Shown here: positions 30,112-40,340 of the stretch, piece by piece
How the letters are laid out: each line of letters starts with the position of its first letter
Position numbering within the stretch: position 1 is the first letter of the stretch
Source: Ferruginibacter sp.
GTDB taxonomy: Bacteria; Bacteroidota; Bacteroidia; Chitinophagales; Chitinophagaceae
Length of the DNA stretch: 64,000 bases
Reading direction: 5' to 3'
NCBI GenBank assembly: GCA_040006615.1
Contig: JBDTWP010000002.1
Coordinates: 6,574-70,573, forward strand
Program-made: the position numbers and the translations under genes
Notes under the pieces: generated by a model
Database searches by the model: none
What the model saw: the letters and a program-made list of their open reading frames with translations, nothing else
What the model was told of the DNA's origin: nothing

Positions 30112-31164
30112 TCAATTTAATAAAGCTGCGAGTCGCTTTTCGTCCAGGATGACGATGGAACCATCTTTAATATCAATTAATTTTTCACTTTTGAAATCGC
30201 TTAAAGTCCGGATGATTGATTCGGTGGCTGTTCCGGCGATTTGAGCAAGGTCTTCCCGGGAAATATGTATAGAAAATTTCCCTTCCTCATCTTTCGTATA
30301 TTTTTTTTGCAATAGTACCAATGCTTCGGCTACCCTTTTGCGTAAAGAGTTGTATGCGATTCCCACCAATTGTTTTTCCCTGTCGGTAACACTTTGAGCC
30401 AACAGCTGAATGAATTGTTGTGCCACTTCCTTGTTGGTACGCAACAATTTTTCAAATTCATCTTTGGCTATGATTGCCAGCGAGGTATCTTCAATTGCTT
30501 CTGTAGTTTCTTTATAGACGGTACCTTCCAATATTGCAGTATAGCCAACAAAATCACCTTCACCAAAAAGACCAACTGTCAGCTCCTTACCGTCATCGTT
30601 TGTCTTAAAGGTTTTTACCTTACCTTTTAGTACATAAAATAATCTTACAGGGTGATTCCCTTCGGCATAGATCAACTGTTTCTTTTTATAAAAATTAACA
30701 GCACTGTTTTCTACCAGGACCTGCAGCATTTTTAAATTGCCGGATTCACCTGTTGCCGGCAGAGCAAAATTGTCTTGAATATTCTTTTGCAGCAGTGTCA
30801 CTTTCCTGAGCCGGCTTTCTATGGCTGTTAATAATTCTATATCATTAAAGGGTTTAGTAATGTAATCATCTGCACCCATTTCCATTCCTTTCCGAAAGTC
30901 GCCCCGCTCTGCTTTTGCCGTTAAGAAAATGAAAGGAATATTTTTCAATGTTTCGTTTTTTTGTAACAAATGCAATACGCCATAGCCGTCCAGAACCGGC
31001 ATCATTACATCGCAAATAATCAGGTCCGGTGTACATTGCAAAGCCTTCTCCACACCTAACTTACCATTGGGGGCAGTATCCACACTATAATTGGCCAGTT
31101 CAAGAATCTCAGCCGTATTTTCTCTTATCTCATCATTATCTTCAATCAGTAAAACACGTTGCAT
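30112..31164 (-). CDS. Receiver domain fused to a Crp/Fnr cNMP-binding domain and HTH
   Basis: LIEDN, ICDVMMP, FLTAK, ITKPF; then YAEG..GKVK..GDFVG and ISREDLAQIAGTATESIIRTLSDFK. Confidence 0.93.
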   Translation of the reverse strand: MQRVLLIEDNDEIRENTAEILELANYSVDTAPNGKLGVEKALQCTPDLIICDVMMPVLDGYGVLHLLQKNETLKNIPFIFLTAKAERGDFRKGMEMGADDYITKPFNDIELLTAIESRLRKVTLLQKNIQDNFALPATGESGNLKMLQVLVENSAVNFYKKKQLIYAEGNHPVRLFYVLKGKVKTFKTNDDGKELTVGLFGEGDFVGYTAILEGTVYKETTEAIEDTSLAIIAKDEFEKLLRTNKEVAQQFIQLLAQSVTDREKQLVGIAYNSLRKRVAEALVLLQKKYTKDEEGKFSIHISREDLAQIAGTATESIIRTLSDFKSEKLIDIKDGSIVILDEKRLAALLN

Positions 31165-31198
31165 AAAAAATAACATTTTATAATTGCAAGATAAATAG

Positions 31199-32467
31199 TT
31201 ATAGCATATTTGCAGCATTGTTATCAAAAGTAATTGTAAAGGATGTGCCTTTTTCCAACTCACTTTTAAAGTCAATATTTCCATTCATTAGTTCAACATA
31301 TTTTTCCACAATATGTAAACCTAATCCGGTGCCCTGGATATTGGTTACATTGGCACCCCTGAAAAATCGTTCAAATAAATGTTCTTTGTCTTCATCGGAA
31401 ACGCCAATTCCACTATCTTTCACTGTCACGAAAATAAGGCTATCCTTCAATTCACTGTTAACTTCTATTTTACCATTTTCATGGGAAAATTTAATAGCAT
31501 TGGAGAGTAAATTGATCATAACATTGCGAAGCAGGAAGGGGTCAAGCCGCACCACCTGTCCGCCTTTGTGATGATAATTGATTCGTTGGCCTGTCTTAAA
31601 AATACCCGAAATTTCATTACAAACTGTTGTAATTAATTCTTTCATATTAATGAGGGTGTAATTGGCAATAATTTTGCCATCCTCAATTTTGCCGATAGAT
31701 AAGAAGTCATTTAAGATATCCGTCAGATTATTTACGGCGGATTTGATGCGGTTTATATGTTTTTCTCTTTTTTCCTGCTCGTCCTCTTTCAAATATTTTG
31801 ATACCAAAGAGGCTGATGAAAGGATCGTACTTAGCGGTGTACGAAACTCGTGAGATGCCATTGAAACAAACCTGCTTTTTATGTCACTTAATACTTTTTC
31901 CTTGCTGAATGCTTTTTGCAACTCTTCTTTTGAAATCTCCAGTTCGTTTAGTGTTTCCTGTAACTGACTGGTTCTTAATGCTACCTGTTGTTCAAGGTCA
32001 TTATTGAATTCTGCTATCCGCTTGTTGATAATGGCAAGTTGTTCCTTTTGGTGTATTGTCGCATTCTCTATTTCCTTTCGTTTGGTGATATCACTTACAA
32101 ATGCAATTACGAATGATTCTCCTTCCCCCCGGTAATTGCTTAAACTTACCTCTACCGGGAATTCTGAACCGTCTTTTTTTGAAGCAAACAAATCCATTCC
32201 CAAACCCATTGGTCTTCGTTGCGGTTTCGCTATATATTCATTTCTATCATGTACATGTGCGGAGTGAAAACGATCCGGTATCAGAAGTTCCATTTTTTTA
32301 CCGATCAGTTCACTGGCATCCTGATAGCCAAATTGCGAAAGCAGGAAGGTATTTGCAAGTATAATTTCACCATGTGAATTAACAACCAATATTCCAAGAG
32401 AAGCATATTCAAATAAGGCTTCAAATTTAATTTTTTCTATTGCTAACTGATTTTCAGTAGTGGACAT
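31199..32467 (-). CDS. FixL-like PAS sensor histidine kinase
   Basis: PAS IPDRFHSAH..RRPMG..KKDGSEFPVEVSL, SHEFRTPL, NLLSNAIKF, DSGIG, GTGLGL. Start set to MSTTEN. Confidence 0.9.
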   Translation of the reverse strand: MSTTENQLAIEKIKFEALFEYASLGILVVNSHGEIILANTFLLSQFGYQDASELIGKKMELLIPDRFHSAHVHDRNEYIAKPQRRPMGLGMDLFASKKDGSEFPVEVSLSNYRGEGESFVIAFVSDITKRKEIENATIHQKEQLAIINKRIAEFNNDLEQQVALRTSQLQETLNELEISKEELQKAFSKEKVLSDIKSRFVSMASHEFRTPLSTILSSASLVSKYLKEDEQEKREKHINRIKSAVNNLTDILNDFLSIGKIEDGKIIANYTLINMKELITTVCNEISGIFKTGQRINYHHKGGQVVRLDPFLLRNVMINLLSNAIKFSHENGKIEVNSELKDSLIFVTVKDSGIGVSDEDKEHLFERFFRGANVTNIQGTGLGLHIVEKYVELMNGNIDFKSELEKGTSFTITFDNNAANML

Positions 32468-33024
32468 TTGTAACTGGGGATTTGTGCAAAAGTAAAGCAT
32501 CCGGACTTTCAGTTTCAATATTATGCTTTTTTGCAAGGAAACAATTGTACCCTGCAATTTTGAGTATCCGGTCTCAACCTTGTAATTTGTATCCCGGGGC
32601 CACGATCTTATCAAATGCTATACCGATGCTCTTTCCGGTAAAAACTGTCCTGGTTATTGGTTACTCTTCCCAAATCAATACAATAACAGGTTTAAACAAG
32701 TTGGCTATCTGCTATCAGACTGCTATATAGCAATAGCAGATTAAATTGATATTATCGCCGTATCAATCCACATTATTGTGGATTAATGTGGTATTGTTGT
32801 GGGAATGATAAGGAAATGACTAAAAACAGACAGGGTATAGATACCTGTGTGGGATAATCCTGAAAACAACCCAGGGAATCTTTATTCCGATCTCTTTCGT
32901 ATAAAAGCGCTTGCATATTTTTCCTCTGCGGGAAGTGTAATAAAATGTGCTAATTAGATAACGTGCTAGCGAGAAAATGAGATAATTTTAAAGGGATGAC
33001 CTAATTTGCATAAAATCATTTCAA

Positions 33025-35064
33025 GTGCCATTTAATCTTCAATCACCATATTCCCCGTCCGGAGATCAGCCTGATGCAATCCTCAAACTTACAGAAGGTA
33101 TACTCGAAGGGGAGCAATACCAGACACTGCTTGGCGTAACAGGCAGCGGTAAGACCTATACGATTGCAAACGTTATACAAAATGTACAGCGGCCAACCCT
33201 CGTGCTTACGCATAATAAAACATTGGTGGCACAACTGTATGGGGAGTTCAAACAATTTTTCCCCGATAATGCCGTAGGCTATTTTGTAAGTTATTATGAT
33301 TATTACCAGCCTGAAGCATATATGCCCGTAAGTAATACTTACATTGAAAAGGACCTAAGCATCAATGAAGAACTGGATAAGCTCCGGCTACAGGCAACGG
33401 CTCAGTTGTTAAGCGGGCGCAGGGATATTATTGTTGTGGCGAGTGTGAGTTGTATCTATGGTATGGGTAATCCGACCGAATTTGAAAATGGAATCGTAAG
33501 GATCCAAAAAGGGCAGGTCATTTCTCGCCAGGGTTTTCTGCATGCCTTGGTAAATAGTCTGTATAGCCGTTCGCAGGGAGATTTTACAAGGGGCACTTTC
33601 CGTGTAAACGGCGATACGGTTGATATTAATTTACCATACGTGGATTTTGGATATCGGATTACATTTTTTGGCGATGAAATAGAAACTATTGAAACGCTGG
33701 AGCTTACTACCAGCAAACGAATTGGTTTAGTGGATAATGCCGCCATCTTTCCGGCTAATTTATACCTGGCACCTAAAGATATTATGCAGCAGGTAATTTT
33801 TGAGATCCAGGACGAAACCGCAGCACAGGTAGCGTATTTTAAAAGCAGCGGAAAATTTATTGAAGCTCAACGATTGAGTGAAAGGGTAAATTACGACCTA
33901 GAAATGATCAGGGAACTTGGTTATTGCAATGGGATAGAAAACTATTCCCGTTTTTTTGACAGGAGAAAGCCCGGTACCCGGCCATTCTGCCTGTTGGATT
34001 ATTTCCCGAAAGATTTTATTTGCGTTATTGATGAAAGTCATCAGACCATTCCGCAGGTAAGTGGGATGTATGGCGGCGACAGAAGCAGGAAGCTGGTACT
34101 TGTGGATTATGGCTTTCGTTTACCCAGTGCGTTGGATAACCGCCCGCTCAACTTTCATGAGTTCGAGAATATGATCAATCAAACTATTTTTGTGAGTGCA
34201 ACACCCGGAGATTTCGAATTGGAGAAAACAGGTGGTATTGTGGTAGAACAGGTGGTAAGGCCTACCGGGTTATTGGATCCTCCTATTGAAGTGCGTCCTT
34301 CCATTAACCAGATAGATGATCTGCTGGATGAGATTGACAAAAGAATAACCATGGGCGACCGTGTATTGGTAACCACGCTTACCAAACGAATGGCGGAAGA
34401 GATGGATAAATACCTCCACCGCATTAATGTAAAAAGTAAATACATTCATAGTGATCTGGATACCCTGGAAAGAATAGAAATTTTACGTGAACTGCGTTTA
34501 GGCTATATTGATGTATTGGTAGGCGTAAACCTGCTGAGAGAAGGATTGGACCTTCCGGAAGTTTCGTTAGTTGCCATTCTGGATGCCGACAAGGAAGGAT
34601 TTTTACGCAATGAAAGAAGCCTTACCCAAACAGCCGGGAGAGCAGCCCGTAATGTGGATGGGCTCGTAATATTTTATGCGGATAAGATGACTGAGAGTAT
34701 GCAGAAAACCATTGATGAAACCAGCCGCAGAAGAGAAAAACAAATAACCTATAATATCGAACATGGCATTACACCAACTACCATCATCAAAAGCAAGGAG
34801 CAGATCTTCGCCCAGGGATCGGTTTTAGATGTAAAGGGATACGATCCCTCCAATCCTTATTCCATCGCTGCGGATCAGGATATCGTAACCGCGGCAGCCG
34901 AAGAACAGGAGGTATATAAAACTATTCCCCAAATAGAAAAAGCTATAGTGAAAACCAAAAAAGAAATGGAGAAAGCTGCCAGGGATTTGGATTTTATGGA
35001 AGCGGCAAGATTGCGGGATGAAATGTACAGGATGCAGAAAGAACTGGAGGGGATGAAGGGGTAG
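33025..35064 (+). CDS. uvrB: Excinuclease ABC subunit B
   Basis: GVTGSGKT, YYDYYQPEAY, DESH, LREGLDLPEV, C-terminal UVR domain. Confidence 0.98.
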   Translation: MPFNLQSPYSPSGDQPDAILKLTEGILEGEQYQTLLGVTGSGKTYTIANVIQNVQRPTLVLTHNKTLVAQLYGEFKQFFPDNAVGYFVSYYDYYQPEAYMPVSNTYIEKDLSINEELDKLRLQATAQLLSGRRDIIVVASVSCIYGMGNPTEFENGIVRIQKGQVISRQGFLHALVNSLYSRSQGDFTRGTFRVNGDTVDINLPYVDFGYRITFFGDEIETIETLELTTSKRIGLVDNAAIFPANLYLAPKDIMQQVIFEIQDETAAQVAYFKSSGKFIEAQRLSERVNYDLEMIRELGYCNGIENYSRFFDRRKPGTRPFCLLDYFPKDFICVIDESHQTIPQVSGMYGGDRSRKLVLVDYGFRLPSALDNRPLNFHEFENMINQTIFVSATPGDFELEKTGGIVVEQVVRPTGLLDPPIEVRPSINQIDDLLDEIDKRITMGDRVLVTTLTKRMAEEMDKYLHRINVKSKYIHSDLDTLERIEILRELRLGYIDVLVGVNLLREGLDLPEVSLVAILDADKEGFLRNERSLTQTAGRAARNVDGLVIFYADKMTESMQKTIDETSRRREKQITYNIEHGITPTTIIKSKEQIFAQGSVLDVKGYDPSNPYSIAADQDIVTAAAEEQEVYKTIPQIEKAIVKTKKEMEKAARDLDFMEAARLRDEMYRMQKELEGMKG

Positions 35065-35308
35065 CCCCGGCCTGAAGTATTGTAGCCCACAGTCCCTTAT
35101 TGCGAGGTCTGGAAACAGTATTATTTTTTGAATTAGTTAAATAAAGTAAAATATTTTCATTTTTAGATATTAAGATTTTCGAAACTTAAATATAATCAAT
35201 ATTGTTAAAATAAGCACTATTTTGATTTAGGAAATCTTTGTTTATGTTACCGGCAATTCGCAGTTAATATAAAGGATCAGTTAACATGCTTGTATCATGA
35301 TTATATAT

Positions 35309-36043
35309 TTAATTCCTGTTTCTACCGGGCTCATCAGGATAAAGAATTTGAACAATATCACTTTGCCAAAACTGTTTGCTATGAATATCCATGATGGTAA
35401 GCCTTCCACTAAAAGCTGCACCAGTGTCCAGGTTCCACACATTTATTGCGTTCATGGGTTCAAAGCAGTTATAGTGAAGTGTAGGCGTATGGCCCACAAA
35501 TATTTCATTAAACAATTTTAATCTTTTAGGATACAACAATGAATCTTTTTTTACGTTTTTGTCCATACACAAAGCCATTTCCCAAAGCGTACGATCCAAA
35601 CTGTAATTACTGCTATATCGTTCTTTATAAGGTCCCTGCTGGGATGAAAAGCCTGCATGAATGAACAAGCGGTTGTCATCATCAATATAAAAATTCCGCA
35701 TGCACCGGAAAAACTGCAGGTGATTTAATTTATCCGCTTCACTTTGTTGCAAATAGCTTTTAATCGTGGCCTTTCCCCCGCTGAACAACCAGTTTTCATC
35801 GTGAATATTTTTTTCCAGCCAAAGCTGGCACCACTGGTCGTGATTTCCTTTAATAAAAATGCATTTCATTTTTTTCTCCAGTTCAACGAGGTATTGAATC
35901 ACTTCAAATGACTGGCTCCAGCCGTCAACAAAATCACCTAAAAAGATCAGTTTGTCATTTTCCTGTACTGCCGCCCTTTCCAGGATTTGTTTCAAAGCCT
36001 TAAAGCCGCCATGTATATCGCCAATTACAAATGTTCTGAACAT
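35309..36043 (-). CDS. Calcineurin-like metallophosphoesterase
   Basis: GDIHG, GDFVD, GNHD, HAG, GHTPT, LDTGA. Confidence 0.9.
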   Translation of the reverse strand: MFRTFVIGDIHGGFKALKQILERAAVQENDKLIFLGDFVDGWSQSFEVIQYLVELEKKMKCIFIKGNHDQWCQLWLEKNIHDENWLFSGGKATIKSYLQQSEADKLNHLQFFRCMRNFYIDDDNRLFIHAGFSSQQGPYKERYSSNYSLDRTLWEMALCMDKNVKKDSLLYPKRLKLFNEIFVGHTPTLHYNCFEPMNAINVWNLDTGAAFSGRLTIMDIHSKQFWQSDIVQILYPDEPGRNRN

Positions 36044-36400
36044 AGTATTTAAATTCAATGTATCTTAGGGGTACGCAGTACAATTATTTCGATTTTCATT
36101 CCTCCGATTTACTTATCAAATCTACCAACTCATTGTTTCTGTTTGAGAAATTTTTATAAGCGCCTTTGCCGGCGGATTTATTTTTAAAAGTTTTGGCATT
36201 TAATAAATGACAGTAAACCAGGGTTTTTATTAACAGGGTATCTAAGGTTTTTAATCTTTTTCATGACCCCGGGAAAAAAAACAGGCGCAATTCAGGAAAT
36301 CCGGGCAAATAAATTCCAAATCAGTAAAGAACAGTCTTAATTTTTTAAATAATTTGCTATCTTTCATATCCATCACTTAATTATACAAATTTTTTATTTT

Positions 36401-37144
36401 ATGATAACAGTAGCACTCTATAATCTGAAAGGTGGCGTTGGTAAAACGGCCAGTTGTGTAAACTTTGCCTATTTAGCTGCAAAGGATGGTTTTAAGACCC
36501 TGTTGTGGGACATTGATCCCCAGGGTTCCACCACGTTTTACTATAAGATAAAACCTAAGGATGCCCGGGGAATAAAGAAATTAGTCAGTAAGGATGCCGA
36601 TCTGGAATCGGCAATCATGGCTACAAATTATGAAAACCTTGAGATTATACCTGCTGATGCTTCGTCAAAGAGTTTTGACATTATGCTGGAAGAAATGAAG
36701 GGGAATAAAAATAGGCTAAAAAGCATTTTAAAGCAATTTGAAAAAGAATATGATTTTATTTTTGTTGACTGTCCACCCGGATTTAGCACGTTAAGTGAAA
36801 ATATTTTTAATGCATCAGATGTGGTATTAATGCCCGTTATTCCCAGCACTTTATCTATCCGTACCTATAATATGGTGAAGGATTATTTTAAGGAAAGGGA
36901 TCTTGACAGCAGCAAATTGATGTGCTTTTTCACCATGACCGACCTTCGAAAGAATATGCACAATGAGATAATGGAACAACTGTATAAAGACAAGAAATTT
37001 TTTCAAAACTATATACCTTACCTGTCGGACGTGGAAAAAATGGGCATCCATCGCCAGCCGATTGAAGAATTTGCCCGCAGCAGTTATGCGGCTAAATGCT
37101 ATCACGAACTGTGGACCGAAATTAAGGAAGGTGTGGTGGAATAG
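36401..37144 (+). CDS. Orphan ParA/Soj-family ATPase
   Basis: KGGVGKT deviant Walker A, DIDPQG, VDCPP. Confidence 0.9.
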   Translation: MITVALYNLKGGVGKTASCVNFAYLAAKDGFKTLLWDIDPQGSTTFYYKIKPKDARGIKKLVSKDADLESAIMATNYENLEIIPADASSKSFDIMLEEMKGNKNRLKSILKQFEKEYDFIFVDCPPGFSTLSENIFNASDVVLMPVIPSTLSIRTYNMVKDYFKERDLDSSKLMCFFTMTDLRKNMHNEIMEQLYKDKKFFQNYIPYLSDVEKMGIHRQPIEEFARSSYAAKCYHELWTEIKEGVVE

Positions 37145-37302
37145 CGGAGAATGGTCGATTGTTCATGCTTCATTGTTGATGGTTCATTATTTACTCCTTC
37201 CGGCAACAATGAACTCACTCACCCGAAGCGAGAATTAAAGCTCACTATTCAAAGCTGTAGCTCGTGATTTGGATATCCGGGAACAAATAACTTACTCTCC
37301 AA

Positions 37303-38784
37303 TTAGTAAGGCACACTAAACTGTCCTGCCGTTATTGCTTTCGTAACAGTACCTGATCCGTCATTATCATATAAAGTGCCTGAAAAAGTACCTTCTATCC
37401 TGTTGCCGGCATAGCTTGTTACATTCACAGAGAATCCCCCGGACTGTAATATTCCGGTAGCCCATCCTGTTGCGGCAACACCATCACTGTATGCTATTCC
37501 ACAATATGTGCTTGTGTTAGTTAAAGAGAACCGGTCATAATTGCCAATGGTAACAGCCGGAGATTTTGCTAAACTTATTTGAAAAGACGGGGTGACTGAA
37601 GCTGATGTTTCATCTCCGCTAATTGCGACCAAAGCGGGATCTGGAATAACACTTGAAATATTCAGATTAAAAGTCCGGTCAATGCCGTCAATAGTACATC
37701 TTAAAAAATCAGTTGAAGGAGTGCCTGCGAATACCGTTATGGGGAATGAACAGCCATTGTTGGACAGCGTAAAATTAAAATCGCCTTCAGTAGCAGGTGT
37801 GCCAGTTCCGGTAAGCGTAACTGAGTTTATACCGATGGTGGCAAAACTACCCGAACCAGAAAAAGAAAATCCATTCACCAGCGGAGTTGTGATTAAATAG
37901 GTACCGGTGGCAGTAACATTTACATCGACTATCACTATGTTTGAAGCAGTCAGAACGTTACCGGAAGTAAATGTTCCCGAAGGGAAAGCAGTTGTACAAA
38001 TGCCTGTACCTCCGTCATAAGTGAAAACCGCGGAACCGCTGCTGCTCCCCGTTACTGTAATGGAAAATGTACAGCCATTGGCACCGGGTGTAAAATCAAA
38101 AGTTCCTCCCACGATGGGCGTCCCGGATCCGTTAAGCTGAATAACCTGGGTTCCCGTGGCCGTGAAAGTACCGTTTGCTGAAAAAGTAATACCATTAACC
38201 GTATTGGTGGAAACGGCGTAAGTTCCCAATGTTGTTACGTTCACGCTAACTGATGCAAAATTGCCGGCTCCCAGGGCGGTACCTGCAGCGTAAGTGCCTC
38301 CAGGAGTAAAACCTGTACAGTTGCCCGAATTTCCGTCGTAAGTAAATACTGAGGTTCCTCCACTGCTTCCGCCGCTGGTAATGGTGACAGGGAAAGCACA
38401 TCCGTTAACGCCCGGGGTAAAGGAAACAGTTCCCGGTGTATCCGGTATGCCTGTACCGGTAAGGGAGATTGTCTGGGGACCAGTAACAGAAAAACTGCCC
38501 GATCCTGAAAAGGAAATACCTTTAAGCGTGGTTGTAGCAATTGCATAGGTGCCCGGTGTGGTTACGTCAACGGAGATTGTTACAATATTTGTAGCATCCA
38601 GGGCAGTGCCTTCCTTGTAAGTACCTGTAACACTCGCATTGGTACATATACCGGATGCACCATCCAGTGTATATACTGCTGTGCCGCCTGCCAGATTTCC
38701 TTCAAGGCTATATTCTTTCTCACAGGAATAAAATATAATTGACAGGATTATTAAAAGAAAAGAAGATTTTAATTTTAGCATCAT
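37303..38784 (-). CDS. Surface lipoprotein with three tandem Gly/Thr-rich beta repeats
   Basis: Lipobox FYSC-EKE; three ~105-110 aa repeats (AVFTYDG..C..GTY..GTAL..DVT..GTY..NGITFS..GTP..NGC.F). Confidence 0.85.
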   Translation of the reverse strand: MMLKLKSSFLLIILSIIFYSCEKEYSLEGNLAGGTAVYTLDGASGICTNASVTGTYKEGTALDATNIVTISVDVTTPGTYAIATTTLKGISFSGSGSFSVTGPQTISLTGTGIPDTPGTVSFTPGVNGCAFPVTITSGGSSGGTSVFTYDGNSGNCTGFTPGGTYAAGTALGAGNFASVSVNVTTLGTYAVSTNTVNGITFSANGTFTATGTQVIQLNGSGTPIVGGTFDFTPGANGCTFSITVTGSSSGSAVFTYDGGTGICTTAFPSGTFTSGNVLTASNIVIVDVNVTATGTYLITTPLVNGFSFSGSGSFATIGINSVTLTGTGTPATEGDFNFTLSNNGCSFPITVFAGTPSTDFLRCTIDGIDRTFNLNISSVIPDPALVAISGDETSASVTPSFQISLAKSPAVTIGNYDRFSLTNTSTYCGIAYSDGVAATGWATGILQSGGFSVNVTSYAGNRIEGTFSGTLYDNDGSGTVTKAITAGQFSVPY

Positions 38785-38907
38785 AACACGGAATTTAATA
38801 ATTTAGAGAAATTTTCTCCAACTCAGCAAAAATACCGATTCTGTTGCACAAAATTTGCCGGGTGTTGAAATCAAATTATATTACCAGACTTAAGACAAAT
38901 TTTTTTT

Positions 38908-39639
38908 ATGAATAGACAATTAACAAATTGGTTTAGCCCTGCATTACAAAAAGAGATGCCGGTTGTTGTATATGGCGATTATGGCTTTGCGTTATTGCTG
39001 GTACCTACCGCTGGTGCCGATTACTTAGAATATGAACGCTTCCAGATGATTGACCATCTGAGCCCTTATATCAACAGTGGTAAGGTGAAAGTGTTTTCGG
39101 TTAACAGTATCAATAATGAAAGCTGGATGAATAATAATATGTTAGGTGAGCACAAGGCCATCCGCCACAATCAATTCAATCAGTATATCTACAATGAAGT
39201 AATACCATTTATAAAAGGAAATACCTCCTGGGATACCCCCATCATTATTTCCGGGGCCTCGCTGGGAGCACTTCATAGCATGAATCTTTTTTTAAAACGC
39301 CCCGATCTGATCAATGGGGTAATTGCCATGAGTGGCGTATACGATCTGACAGAATACACCAAGGGTTTCTTTGATGAGCAGGTATACTATAATTCTCCGA
39401 TGCATTATATGCCCAACCTCACCGATCATGGAATTTTGGAACAAATACGCAAAAGCTACCACATACATATACTTACGGGTTCCGGTGATTATGAAGATCC
39501 CGAAGCGGGCAAGCGTTTTGCAGGCGTGTTATATAATAAAGGGATTAATTATGAATTAAGTGTATGGGGCAATGAATGGAGACACGACTGGCCAACCTGG
39601 CGTGCTATGTTACCATTGTTTATAGATACAAGATTTTGA
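38908..39639 (+). CDS. Putative esterase (alpha/beta hydrolase)
   Basis: GASLG nucleophile elbow, MSGVYD, HDWPTW. Confidence 0.88.
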   Translation: MNRQLTNWFSPALQKEMPVVVYGDYGFALLLVPTAGADYLEYERFQMIDHLSPYINSGKVKVFSVNSINNESWMNNNMLGEHKAIRHNQFNQYIYNEVIPFIKGNTSWDTPIIISGASLGALHSMNLFLKRPDLINGVIAMSGVYDLTEYTKGFFDEQVYYNSPMHYMPNLTDHGILEQIRKSYHIHILTGSGDYEDPEAGKRFAGVLYNKGINYELSVWGNEWRHDWPTWRAMLPLFIDTRF

Positions 39640-39753
39640 AGATTGGATGAATATACCTGTTGCCCACCAGAAAAGACAGGTGATTAGATATAAAAGGAGC
39701 TTATTCCGGTGGAAGGGATTTATACTATATCCTGATGTGTCAATAGATGTAAC

Positions 39754-39953
39754 ATGAAATTATTAATTATTGGTGGCACGGGAGGTACCGGTAAGGAGCT
39801 TATGGGAGAAAACGTAGAATTTACAAGCACGGAACTAGAGTTGGGAATTATGTTCTTACTACAATGATCTCAAAGGCTGATCTGGCCCAGTTTATGTTAT
39901 GCCAGTTGACGGATGCCACCTATTTGCATAAAGCATCAGGTGTTACCTATTAG
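39754..39953 (+). pseudogene. Internally deleted NAD(P)H-binding oxidoreductase (BVR-B/flavin reductase-like)
   Basis: MKLLIIGGTGGTGKEL (Rossmann motif) is joined out of frame to a C-terminal ..TTMISKADLAQFMLCQLTDATYLHKASGVTY*; the middle of the gene is missing. Confidence 0.75.
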
Positions 39954-40213
39954 AATCAGGTAGCTGCCCGAATTGAATTTTTTGAATACCCCTATAATAG
40001 AAAACGAAGTTGCCTGATTGAGGATTAAGATAATTTTAAAAGTTAGTCTGATTATACGCAGTAAAATTATCCGATTTTATAAAAAGGATGATTGGTTTTG
40101 GTGTTTATTCTATAGCCGGTTTTGGAGATTCCTAAATCATTTATTAAAGGGAAATGATAATTGAAATGAAAAACTGAAGCTTTTGGGTTCAATTCAAATT
40201 GTCGTGGCAATAG

Positions 40214-40270
40214 GTGGTTTGCGAGGACACAAACCACGGCAGAGCCTCGGTCGGTGTCCCCACCGACCGA
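40214..40270. repeat. Inverted pair of REP-like hairpins
   Basis: gtggtttgcgaggacacaaaccacggc and gcctcggtcggtgtccccaccgaccga share the gcc-stem-TGTCC-loop architecture in opposite orientations. Confidence 0.65.
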
Positions 40271-40340
40271 AATCAGGAGCGACAATTTGGAATGCACTGA
40301 AGCATTATTACTTTTTACATTAAAGACTTACTTTTACTAC

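Noticed and set aside
38908-39639. Esterase as a member of the ATP-grasp system at 5-9 kb
   Set aside because: It lies 30 kb away and nothing in the sequence links the two.
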